Assembly (NCBI GenBank): GCA_963752155.1
Contig: CAVVXH010000010.1
Coordinates: 1-64,000 of the forward strand
Source: an uncultured Parachlamydiaceae bacterium
Lineage (GTDB): Bacteria > Chlamydiota > Chlamydiia > Chlamydiales > Parachlamydiaceae
Reading direction: 5' to 3'
DNA length: 64,000 nucleotides
Shown here: positions 30,976-39,912 of the stretch, one piece after another
How the letters are laid out: each line of letters starts with the position of its first letter
How positions within the stretch are numbered: the stretch's first letter is position 1
Translations under genes and position numbers: made by a program
Notes under the pieces: generated by a model
The model's input: only the letters and a program-made list of their open reading frames with translations
Databases searched by the model: none
Told to the model about the DNA's origin: nothing

Positions 30976-33156
30976 TTAGCGTAAAAGAGGGGGATTGATA
31001 ATACCGCTGACGGCTTGTTGAAGACCCGAATAACGTTTTTTAACCTCGTCGTTTTTAACCGCAATATAAAGAGCTTTGGACATTCCAACCAGGATCACTA
31101 ATTTTTTACCTCTCGTGACTGCAGTATAGAGTAGATTCCGATGAAGAAGTTTAAAATGTGTGGTATGGACAGGAATGACAACACAGGCACGTTCGCTGCC
31201 TTGATATTTATGGATCGACACTGCATAAGCAAGGGTGAGTTCATCTAGTTGATCAAATTCATATTCGACGATTTCATCGTCAAAAGAAACTGTTACGAGT
31301 TGTTCGCTTTGGTTGATCTCAAGAATTTTTCCAATATCCCCATTGAAGACATTTTTTTTATAGTTGTTTCGCAATTGCATGACTTTGTCATTGACCTGAA
31401 ATCGTGTTCCCCAAAGCACTAATCCTTCCTGATTAGGATTTAAAGCCGATTGCAAAGCTAAATTAAGGTTTTCTGTTCCGATGATTCCTTTTTTCATGGG
31501 GGCTAAGACTTGGATATCGTCCATAGGACTAAATTTGTATTTTAATGGAAGGCGTTGTGACACTAATGTAATAATGTGTGTGAGGACTTGTTCAGGGGTT
31601 TGAGCATCGATAAAATAGAAGTCGCTATCGCTCATGTTTCGAATATCAGGGAAGTCTCCACGATTAATCTTATGGGCATTGAGGATGATTCTTGAGCCCG
31701 CAGCTTGACGAAAAATTTCGGTTAATGTTGTCACAGGAATACACTTGGAAGCAATGATATCTTTTAAGACATTACCAGGACCGACACTTGGCAATTGATT
31801 GATATCCCCGACAAAAATAACTCTGGCGTGGTCCGGAATAGCCTTTAGAAGACTCCACATCAAAGACGTGTCGATCATACTAGATTCATCCACGATGATC
31901 AAATCGCATTCGAGAGGATTGTCTCGTTTCCGCTTAAAGCCGAAGTTAGAAAAATCGAATTCTAACAAACTATGGATGGTTTGTGCCTTACGTCCAGTGA
32001 TTTCAGTCATCCGTTTAGCGGCTCGGCCTGTCGGGGCAGCCAGGACAATTTTTGTGGAGAGCTGCTCGGTGATGGCCATGATAGCATTGGTGATTGTACT
32101 TTTGCCTGTACCTGGACCCCCTGTAATAATTTGTACTTTTGCTTCTAAGGATTGTGCTACGGCATCTTTTTGGTGTGTTGCAAGCTCAATTTGGAGTTTT
32201 TTTTCGACCCAATCGAGAGCTTTAGGAATGTTCACTTGACGTAAGGCACAAACGCCTTCCTTAAGGCGTTTAAGTTCTCTGGCGATGCCTATTTCAGCTG
32301 CAAAAAGAAGTTTGTTCCATAGAAAGGGCATGACCTCACCGGCATGGACTAAGTCCATGATTTCAATGCGGCTTTCCTGTTCCAAACTTTTGATACAAGC
32401 AGTGATATTTTCCTGAGAAGTTTCCAAAACTCCTTCAGCTATTTTAAGGAATTCTTGTTGAGGGAAACAGACATGCCCGTCGCCGGCAAGTTCTGACAAT
32501 ACATGTTCAATACCGGCTTCAATGCGTAGAGGGGATTCTTTGGCAATGCCCATTTTCTGAGCAATCGTATCAGCTGTTTTGAATCCGATTCCACGGATAT
32601 CCCGTGCAAGACGGTAAGGGTTGCTTTGTACTTTTTCAATACTTTTGTCGCCATAGATTTTATAAATTTTTTGGGCATAGGCGGGACTGACACCATTTGA
32701 CTGAAGAAATATCATGACGTCGCGAATCGATTTTTGTTCTGTCCAGCAGAAGCAAATCTGCTCGAGTTTTTTCTTTCCGAGTCCAGGTATTTCTAAAAGT
32801 TTATGGGGAGCTTTTTCGATGATTTCGAGAGTATCTACTCCAAATTTATCGACAATACGGCTGGCAAATTTAGTACCGATGCCTTTAATGAGTCCGGAGC
32901 CCAAATATTTTTTAATGCCTTCAACATTGGCAGGAACTTCGCTTTTATAGCTTGAGACTTCAAATTGCATCCCATGCACTAGATGCCGTTTCCAGTTGCC
33001 TTGGCAGCGTAACGTTTCCCCTGGGGATATAGAAGGCATAATGCCGACAATGCAGGAAAGTTCTTGTTTATTGCTTTCTTTTAATTGGGCGATGGTGAAG
33101 CCGTTTTCAGGATTTTGAAATGTGATCCTTTCAACATAACCGATAATTTCTTGCAT
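30976..33156 (-). CDS. recD2: ATP-dependent RecD-like DNA helicase
   Basis: N-terminal OB/HhH region, GGPGTGKS, APTGRAA, VDESSM, GDINQLPSVG, SIHKYQGSE, YTAVTR. Confidence 0.95.
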   Translation of the reverse strand: MQEIIGYVERITFQNPENGFTIAQLKESNKQELSCIVGIMPSISPGETLRCQGNWKRHLVHGMQFEVSSYKSEVPANVEGIKKYLGSGLIKGIGTKFASRIVDKFGVDTLEIIEKAPHKLLEIPGLGKKKLEQICFCWTEQKSIRDVMIFLQSNGVSPAYAQKIYKIYGDKSIEKVQSNPYRLARDIRGIGFKTADTIAQKMGIAKESPLRIEAGIEHVLSELAGDGHVCFPQQEFLKIAEGVLETSQENITACIKSLEQESRIEIMDLVHAGEVMPFLWNKLLFAAEIGIARELKRLKEGVCALRQVNIPKALDWVEKKLQIELATHQKDAVAQSLEAKVQIITGGPGTGKSTITNAIMAITEQLSTKIVLAAPTGRAAKRMTEITGRKAQTIHSLLEFDFSNFGFKRKRDNPLECDLIIVDESSMIDTSLMWSLLKAIPDHARVIFVGDINQLPSVGPGNVLKDIIASKCIPVTTLTEIFRQAAGSRIILNAHKINRGDFPDIRNMSDSDFYFIDAQTPEQVLTHIITLVSQRLPLKYKFSPMDDIQVLAPMKKGIIGTENLNLALQSALNPNQEGLVLWGTRFQVNDKVMQLRNNYKKNVFNGDIGKILEINQSEQLVTVSFDDEIVEYEFDQLDELTLAYAVSIHKYQGSERACVVIPVHTTHFKLLHRNLLYTAVTRGKKLVILVGMSKALYIAVKNDEVKKRYSGLQQAVSGIINPPLLR

Positions 33157-33273
33157 GTCGCGGTCCCTTTATGCATTTAGTGCTTTCAGTGTAACATTGA
33201 ATTAGATTGCATTGTACGACTAATTTTCGTAAAAGAAAAAAAGTGGTGGTAATCGTCGTCAAAGGGGGAAGTC

Positions 33274-33552
33274 ATGTTTAAGCCAGTAATTACATTTTTA
33301 GTTGCTCTATTTTTGTTTGGAGTACCACAAGTTTGTACAGGAGATTATGAAGATGAATTTCCTGAAATGCAAAATGAAGAACAGTTGAATGCTCAAATTG
33401 AATACCGTGAAGCCGTTGACGACGAAAATTGTCCTCGATGTAATCGTTGTGTACAAAGACGCTGGAAGAAAGATCGATTTCTTGAGAAACAGTTTCAAGA
33501 AACTGGTTGGCCTGGACGCCGAGATGAGCTTTCGGATCAACTTTCGCGGTAA
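33274..33552 (+). CDS. Small putative exported protein with CxxCxxC
   Basis: GGGGGA SD, signal-peptide-like start, acidic stretch, CPRCNRC. Confidence 0.55.
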   Translation: MFKPVITFLVALFLFGVPQVCTGDYEDEFPEMQNEEQLNAQIEYREAVDDENCPRCNRCVQRRWKKDRFLEKQFQETGWPGRRDELSDQLSR

Positions 33553-35972
33553 GGGAGTAAATCAAATTCGTGCACGTAATATTCAAATTCTGCCTCATCT
33601 GTTACCCATGCGGATTTTAGAATATGGATAAGAAAATTACGATCTTCAGGTTCTTGCGGCAGAACATGATCTACTGGATAAAGGATCAGAGCATCGAGTT
33701 TACGTACGACAGCAGAATGGATCTCATTCTGAAGAGCTATAATGTCTGCTGGATTCGGAATAGACTCTAATGTTACAAGCTGTATGGCTTTAGTAAGATT
33801 AGAATCGAGCTCTCTAAGAAATGTAGAATGTTTAATTTTTTCGATGTATTCTTTGATTTCTACTGTAGATGATGCATTTAGCTCATGTTGCTGAAGCTCT
33901 TTGAGGTTCCTTTCGAGATGGGATTCTATTTTTGCAGCTTTAAGGAAATTCATAAATTGCGAAAAAGGCATTGAAAAATATTCACGCTGGAGATTGTTAA
34001 TAATTTCCATGGTTTTCTTATGCAATTTTTGCGATATATTGTCATAATTGATTTGAAGTGCTGAAAGCTTTCTTGGACTATCCCATTTCTTATTGAGCTT
34101 TTCTTGTTCAATTTTATTACTTATGGGTCTTAAAGTTTTTTCATTCTCATTGTGAAGAGCAATCAATTTATAATACAAAGGGTGTTGTTTATCAATTTGT
34201 GTTTCTCCGTCTATATCTAATTTATCTGGCTGTTCTTGTTCGTTTATCGAGTTTAAAGCGACGTGATTGATTTCATTATCATCGATAAGTAAGTGAATAG
34301 TGTGAGAAAACATTTGTTGGTTAAACTGCAAGTAAGCATAAAGAAATTTATAATGAGGGAAAAATGTTGCAAGAGCCTTATTTCCACGTTGAGCCATTTG
34401 TATTCCTTCTGAAGAGTAGAGTACGATGTCAGGAAATCGAGTAAATTGGCTGATCTCTTCAATCAAGGGGATGAGATCGTGACCATTTTCATCATTGTCA
34501 TAAATCGCAGTCGCTTTTTTAATTAAGGATTCCCCCAGAGGGTAATATCTAATACTATTATAAATCAGGTTTTCGGCTCCGGGGCGGAAAAGAGCAAGCG
34601 CTTTGGGTAGGTCAAAACCTGCATGCGGACGATAATTCTTTAAGGTAGACAAGGAAACAAGCTTGCCGAGTTTGACTAGGTTGGTAATTTCTGCGCTGTT
34701 ACTCGTATCGAGTTTTGCGTTGACGAGTAGGCGATTAAGAGTTTTTAAATCCGTGATTTTACGCAGTTCCATAAAACTCGAATCGACCGTAATCGCGGCT
34801 TTTGGTATTAACCATTGGAGGATATTAGGGCTAGGCTGAGCGATGATTAAGAAATGATTTAAGTCATCTCCGGTATAAATGCGCAAAATATAAGAAGTGC
34901 TTTTAAAATGTCCATGAGCGTCAATGTTGATCAGGGGCTGGTAGGAAGGAGCTAACACTGCAGCTAAAGTTTGCTTGAGAAATTCAGGATCTGACCAATT
35001 ATGGTTTTGTGGCTGTGCATGGTTGATGAAGGCAGAATTTAACGCCATAGCAACGTCAGCAATGGCCTGAGCAGCTTTAATTTCTTCTTCTTCATTCTTA
35101 CCGGTAATAGCCAAATAAAGGGAGCCTGAAATAATTCCAATAAGCAGAAGGAAGATTCCAATAAACGAGAAAAACATCTTCCAGTTCAAAAAGAATGGCT
35201 TATCTTTCTGATCGAAGGATTCCTTTTTAAGGATATTTTCTTCAATCGTGTCATTTGAGGATTTTATTTCCGACGTGGGTAATGGTGGAGAAAGGGTTTC
35301 TTTCACTTCTTCGTTTACGTGAGGCGATGGCGTTGGTTCTATATCATGTAATTCAATCCGGGTTATATTTGGAGAATGCAGATCAAGAGCATCAAGCTTC
35401 GAAAAAAGAGCTTCAAGTTCTTGATCGGATATAGGAGATTCTTTTGTCGAAGAAATGAGTTCATTATCGGCTTGCAGAGACTTCTGTTTGACATTCGATT
35501 TTTCTAAAAGTTCTTCTAATTCCAGCATGGTCGCATCAATATCCAACGATGTCGTTAATTCCGGAGAACTCGGAGGAGAGATGTTTTCTATTTTTTGAGT
35601 GAGTATGTCAATGAGATATTCATCTAAACATTCGTTTTTGTTTGGCTGAATCTCATCGTCAGAGACTTGTGAAATGAATTCTCCAAATAAGATCTCAGTA
35701 CTACCAATTTGTAAAAGATCACCTGTTTTCAGTCTTTTTTTATTAAAGGGAAAGTCATTAATAGTGATAAAGGGATCTTCGGCGAGGTTGCTTGCAATAT
35801 AATTCTCTTGAACTAATTCAATTTTTACATAGACAGAATGTTCTCCAGAATGAGAAACAATGAAATCCGGCACAAAATCATCGATAATTTCTCCAATAAG
35901 GATACACTCTTTCTCAAAGATGTATGTAATAGGTTGCGTCTGTGGAGTCATAGTGAGCTTGATCATCGACAT
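33537..35972 (-). CDS. Large hypothetical membrane protein with degenerate FHA-like N-terminus
   Basis: 811 aa; N-terminal LKTGDLLQIG typical of the FHA end; single TM near residue 265-290. Confidence 0.7.
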   Translation of the reverse strand: MSMIKLTMTPQTQPITYIFEKECILIGEIIDDFVPDFIVSHSGEHSVYVKIELVQENYIASNLAEDPFITINDFPFNKKRLKTGDLLQIGSTEILFGEFISQVSDDEIQPNKNECLDEYLIDILTQKIENISPPSSPELTTSLDIDATMLELEELLEKSNVKQKSLQADNELISSTKESPISDQELEALFSKLDALDLHSPNITRIELHDIEPTPSPHVNEEVKETLSPPLPTSEIKSSNDTIEENILKKESFDQKDKPFFLNWKMFFSFIGIFLLLIGIISGSLYLAITGKNEEEEIKAAQAIADVAMALNSAFINHAQPQNHNWSDPEFLKQTLAAVLAPSYQPLINIDAHGHFKSTSYILRIYTGDDLNHFLIIAQPSPNILQWLIPKAAITVDSSFMELRKITDLKTLNRLLVNAKLDTSNSAEITNLVKLGKLVSLSTLKNYRPHAGFDLPKALALFRPGAENLIYNSIRYYPLGESLIKKATAIYDNDENGHDLIPLIEEISQFTRFPDIVLYSSEGIQMAQRGNKALATFFPHYKFLYAYLQFNQQMFSHTIHLLIDDNEINHVALNSINEQEQPDKLDIDGETQIDKQHPLYYKLIALHNENEKTLRPISNKIEQEKLNKKWDSPRKLSALQINYDNISQKLHKKTMEIINNLQREYFSMPFSQFMNFLKAAKIESHLERNLKELQQHELNASSTVEIKEYIEKIKHSTFLRELDSNLTKAIQLVTLESIPNPADIIALQNEIHSAVVRKLDALILYPVDHVLPQEPEDRNFLIHILKSAWVTDEAEFEYYVHEFDLLPYRES

Positions 35973-36070
35973 CCAAATTTAAAATATGGAAAAGGTTTGA
36001 GTAAAAATGTGAATGTTGACAAATGACCTAACATAGATTTCCACTATAAATTGCCAGTTTTTAGTTTTGT

Positions 36071-36901
36071 TTAACAGATAGTTGGTTTGCAGTCAATTGA
36101 CATATAGGGATCGTGCAAGTTATTATTGCCCAGTCCCTTAGGGTCTCTTAAGAATTTTGAAAAATTTTCTGCTAATTTATTCTTAAGGGATTTTTTGATC
36201 GATTTTTGATCCTCTGGAGTTGCACCTATTTCTAAAAGATGAAATGTGTGTTTCTTCATTGCTAAGGAAATTGCCGCATTGTCCAGAATTTCATTTAGAA
36301 AATTTTCTGGTGGAAGTGTTAAGGCAATCGAAGCCTGATGTAAAAATCCTTGCTTTGTTCGGCGCTGGGCCCCTCCTGCAAGTTTGAGATCGCCACAGAT
36401 GACATCGTATACTGTGGGAAGAGCCATGCAAAAATTGCGAAGTTGCTTGTCGATTAGACGATTATTGGAGCATCTTTTGGTACACTCTTGTTGGGATTGT
36501 AATTCTAGGGGATTAAGGAGGCTCTTTAAAAAAGGTTGAAGAGTATTGGCAATCATCGTGTTGACTAAGTGATAATTTACTAGAGTGTTTAAAGAAAAAC
36601 TAGGGTGTGAAGAAGGGAGTAGAAACGAAAAAGCAAAGTCATACTGATGAAAAATAATTCCACCTCCGGTAGGTCTGCGTGCCAAATGGAGTTGATGTTT
36701 GTCGATGGCGGCAGGGTTCAATAGCGTTAGTGGGGAGTTGAAGTAGCCGTAAGTGGCACTGGGCTCTTGCCAATCATAAAAATGCAAGATAGGGGTGGAA
36801 CAGCTTGGATTTAAAGACAAAAGCAATTGCTTGTCATATTCCATATTTTCTTCGGCCGATTTTTTTCCGCTATCGATGATGGTTAATTCAGGGAGGTTCA
36901 T
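36071..36901 (-). CDS. Lipoate-protein ligase family protein (LplA/LipM-like)
   Basis: NMEYD, RRPTGGGIIFH, KLAGGAQRR, LHQASI; tail encoded by repeat D. Confidence 0.9.
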   Translation of the reverse strand: MNLPELTIIDSGKKSAEENMEYDKQLLLSLNPSCSTPILHFYDWQEPSATYGYFNSPLTLLNPAAIDKHQLHLARRPTGGGIIFHQYDFAFSFLLPSSHPSFSLNTLVNYHLVNTMIANTLQPFLKSLLNPLELQSQQECTKRCSNNRLIDKQLRNFCMALPTVYDVICGDLKLAGGAQRRTKQGFLHQASIALTLPPENFLNEILDNAAISLAMKKHTFHLLEIGATPEDQKSIKKSLKNKLAENFSKFLRDPKGLGNNNLHDPYMSIDCKPTIC

Positions 36902-37737
36902 TATTTATTGATATTCCGATTTTTTGTGTTTTTACGAATCATTTTCAAGAGCTCTTGATAGGGGTATTCAGGAGTAAATTTTCGTGCAAAGAGGGCTCCG
37001 CTATCATAAGCTTCATCGATGAGAACGTTGTTAAATGTGCTTGCTTCGGTAAAAGGGTAGGGGCTTGCTCCACCGTTGGGCGAGTGCTCCCAATTCATGT
37101 AGGTATAGGATTGGTTGTAGGTTTCGTCGATAAGGCAACCATGCATGGCAAAAAGTGTTGCAAAGTAGGATTCTTGGTCATTTTCAAAGGCGGAAATGAC
37201 GTTAATAAGTGCTTGGTCTGCAGCGACTAGCTCAGCATGCTTTCGATTGAGAACGATCCATTCCCAATTCCCATAGCGGTATTTCGGATTAACTATGCGA
37301 ACTTCCCTAGGGTTATCCTTAGGCCACCAGGGTCTTCTATAGAACATATGAGTGAACTCATCAGAAAGGATTTTTTTGTAGATGGTTCTTAGGGAATATA
37401 AAGGAATGCAAGATTCTGACAGTAAAGCAAATCGAACATTTTCTGGATTTTTAACAGCTTCTTGGAGCAACACCTGCCAGGCTTTAGCATGGATAGACCA
37501 ACTTGTTTTGACAACTTTAGGAATGCGGTATTTTTGGAAATAGGGATCTTCAATAGGTACTTTAGAATGAATGTAGACGTTGTACTTATTTGGTGCTTGT
37601 TCTAGCAGTATTTTCCATAACTCTGGGTGATTGACGTTTGATTGAGTGAGGAAAAGGAGGGCTATTTTTTCTTGAGCGAATGCTAGATGAGTGAACATGA
37701 ATAGAGAAAGTAAAGAGAGTAAGAACGTTGGATTCAT
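36901..37737 (-). CDS. Core-2/I-branching (GT14/DUF266-like) glycosyltransferase with signal peptide
   Basis: KIALLFLT, YNVYIHS, FALLSESCIPL, ESYFAT, LFARKF; start MNPT after AAGGA. Confidence 0.85.
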   Translation of the reverse strand: MNPTFLLSLLSLFMFTHLAFAQEKIALLFLTQSNVNHPELWKILLEQAPNKYNVYIHSKVPIEDPYFQKYRIPKVVKTSWSIHAKAWQVLLQEAVKNPENVRFALLSESCIPLYSLRTIYKKILSDEFTHMFYRRPWWPKDNPREVRIVNPKYRYGNWEWIVLNRKHAELVAADQALINVISAFENDQESYFATLFAMHGCLIDETYNQSYTYMNWEHSPNGGASPYPFTEASTFNNVLIDEAYDSGALFARKFTPEYPYQELLKMIRKNTKNRNINK

Positions 37738-37956
37738 TGTGAAGTCCTTTATTGTGTATTTGTGTAACACAGCATCTCATTTATATCTTATAGGAGTCAA
37801 AGGGAATTTTAAGCAAGGACAGCAAGGACAGCAAGCTTAGCGAATATGGTGTCGTTTTATTGTTAGCTACTCTTTGTCGTCCTTGCCATCCTTGCTATAA
37901 AAAAAGAAGCTTGCACAAAAATACCATAATCCTGTAGATTGAAAACTTGACTGCCT

Positions 37957-38031
37957 GCACCGGTAGCTCAATTGGATAGAGCACCCGGCTACGAACCGGG
38001 AGGTTTAGAGGTTCGAACCCTCTCCGGTGCA
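37957..38031 (+). tRNA. tRNA-Arg(ACG), CCA not encoded
   Basis: Acceptor stem GCACCGG/CCGGTGC, D arm GCTC/GAGC, anticodon arm CCCGG-CT ACG AA-CCGGG, T loop GGTTCGAA. Confidence 0.97.
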
Positions 38032-38667
38032 ATGATTATTCAACCATTCCCTTCAGGGCCACTTGCCACAAATGCTTATGTTATTGCTTGCGTTGCAAGC
38101 GGTAAAGCTGCAATCATTGACCCTTCGTTGGCAAGTTTAGAAAAGATTAATTCTTTTCTTGAAAAAAATAAATACGTCCCAGAAAAAATTCTGTTAACTC
38201 ATTCTCACTGGGATCATATTGCCGACGTTGCCAAATGTAAACGTGAATTTGCTATTCCGGTTTGGATTCATGAACTTGATGCGCCTAACTTAGTAAATCC
38301 AGGATCAGATGGTTTGCTGAATCGATTGACAATAGAAGGGGTGATTCCGGATCACTATCTCAAAGATAAAGAGACTTTTTTTGTTGGAGAGACTGAATTT
38401 GCAGTCATTCACACGCCGGGTCATTCTCCTGGAGGAGTATGCTTTTATTCAGATCAAACTAAAATCTTGATGTCTGGGGATACATTATTTCGAGGATCCT
38501 TCGGAATATTGTCATTACCGACAGCTCAGCCAGATTTAATGTGGATATCATTAGCTAGACTTTGGCAATTACCCCCAGACACAATTGTTTATCCTGGCCA
38601 TGGTCCCAGTACAACAATTGGTAGGGAAGATTGGCTTCCTCAAGCACAAAAATTTTTTAAGATGTAG
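38032..38667 (+). CDS. MBL-fold metallo-hydrolase (YcbL/glyoxalase II-like)
   Basis: THSHWDH, HTPGHSPG, GDTLF, YPGHG; family-typical start MIIQPFPSGPLATNAY. The track's longer start runs through the tRNA. Confidence 0.92.
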   Translation: MIIQPFPSGPLATNAYVIACVASGKAAIIDPSLASLEKINSFLEKNKYVPEKILLTHSHWDHIADVAKCKREFAIPVWIHELDAPNLVNPGSDGLLNRLTIEGVIPDHYLKDKETFFVGETEFAVIHTPGHSPGGVCFYSDQTKILMSGDTLFRGSFGILSLPTAQPDLMWISLARLWQLPPDTIVYPGHGPSTTIGREDWLPQAQKFFKM

Positions 38668-38680
38668 AGAGGTTTGTATT

Positions 38681-39289
38681 ATGAATCAATTAATTGGAAA
38701 TAAAGCTCCAAGTTTTCGAGCAAAAGCTGTCGTTTCCGGAGAAATCATTAATGATTTTTCTTTAGACTCCTTTCACGGAAAATATGTCGTTTTTTTCTTT
38801 TATCCGCTTGACTTTACATTTGTTTGCCCTACTGAATTGCATGCATTTCAGGATCAACTTCAGGAATTTGAAAAGCGAAATACAGAAGTGATCGGCTGTT
38901 CCGTTGACAGTTGCTATACTCATTTGGCGTGGTTGCGGACGCCAAAGGAAAAAGGGGGGATTGAAGGAGTTGATTTTCCTCTAGTTTCAGATCTTCAGAA
39001 GACAATTTCTCAAGCTTACGGCGTATTTATGGCTAAAGAGGGAATTTCATTAAGAGGCCTTTTTATTTTAGATCGGGAAGGCGTGATACGCCACCAAACA
39101 GTGAATGATTTGCCTATTGGACGTTCCGTAGATGAAGTGCTTAGAACATTGGATGCGTTAATCAGTGTCGATACCCATGGAGAGGTTTGTCCTGCCAATT
39201 GGCGAGTGGGAATGCGTTCGATGAAACCGACCAAAGAAGGAATTGAAAAGTATTACTTAGGCGCTACTCCTTCTAGGGCTCCAGAGTAA
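38681..39289 (+). CDS. ahpC: 2-Cys peroxiredoxin
   Basis: FYPLDFTFVCPTE and GEVCPANW; GAGG SD before ATG 38681. Confidence 0.95.
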   Translation: MNQLIGNKAPSFRAKAVVSGEIINDFSLDSFHGKYVVFFFYPLDFTFVCPTELHAFQDQLQEFEKRNTEVIGCSVDSCYTHLAWLRTPKEKGGIEGVDFPLVSDLQKTISQAYGVFMAKEGISLRGLFILDREGVIRHQTVNDLPIGRSVDEVLRTLDALISVDTHGEVCPANWRVGMRSMKPTKEGIEKYYLGATPSRAPE

Positions 39290-39671
39290 GATAATCATAA
39301 AGGTCAGCTTCTGTAGTAATAAAAATGGTATGATAGAGAGCGCAAATGGAAGTTGTCGCCTTTATTATTTCACTGTTGCCTACTCCAGGCATGCAAATAG
39401 CTAAGAAATTAGAAATTGTGCGCTGAGTACGCAACAGGTCTATTCCGTAGTGATAATCCTGTAGGCTGAAACCTTCTTCTCTGACACGAAAAAAAAGCAG
39501 TTGACGATGGTAAAGAAGGGCTTGTACAGCAAAGTGCAAGCCTTTGCTGTTTGTGGGAGCATTGCCAAAATAATCGACAAGTTGTTGAAGATTATTACAA
39601 AGATAAGCTGAATCATAACTCCCTTTTTCAGCTTCCCCAAAAAGAGCGATGACATGTGGTATTGTTTCCAT
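39273..39671 (-). CDS. Hypothetical protein
   Basis: 132 aa, GAGGTG SD; IALFGEAEKG, FFRVREEGFS, MPGVG look like conserved motifs. Confidence 0.75.
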   Translation of the reverse strand: METIPHVIALFGEAEKGSYDSAYLCNNLQQLVDYFGNAPTNSKGLHFAVQALLYHRQLLFFRVREEGFSLQDYHYGIDLLRTQRTISNFLAICMPGVGNSEIIKATTSICALYHTIFITTEADLYDYLTLEP

Positions 39672-39912
39672 TATTCACCTCTGCAGAGTATTAGTTTTAT
39701 ATCCTTAATTTTATTTTACCAAATTTAAATAATTCTAACAATACACCAATTAAGAACGGTGAGAACAACACCGAGACTGGTACACCATCTCCAAAATTAG
39801 TCTTTTTTGCCCCTTGCGTTTTCATTCATAATTTGATATAAAAAAATTTTCTGAACATGATAGAAAATTAATAAGCTATCGTATTTATAATTTTGATTAG
39901 GGGACTTATGCC

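Noticed and set aside
37972..38031. N-terminal extension of the MBL hydrolase in the ORF track
   Set aside because: It is the tRNA-Arg sequence read in frame.
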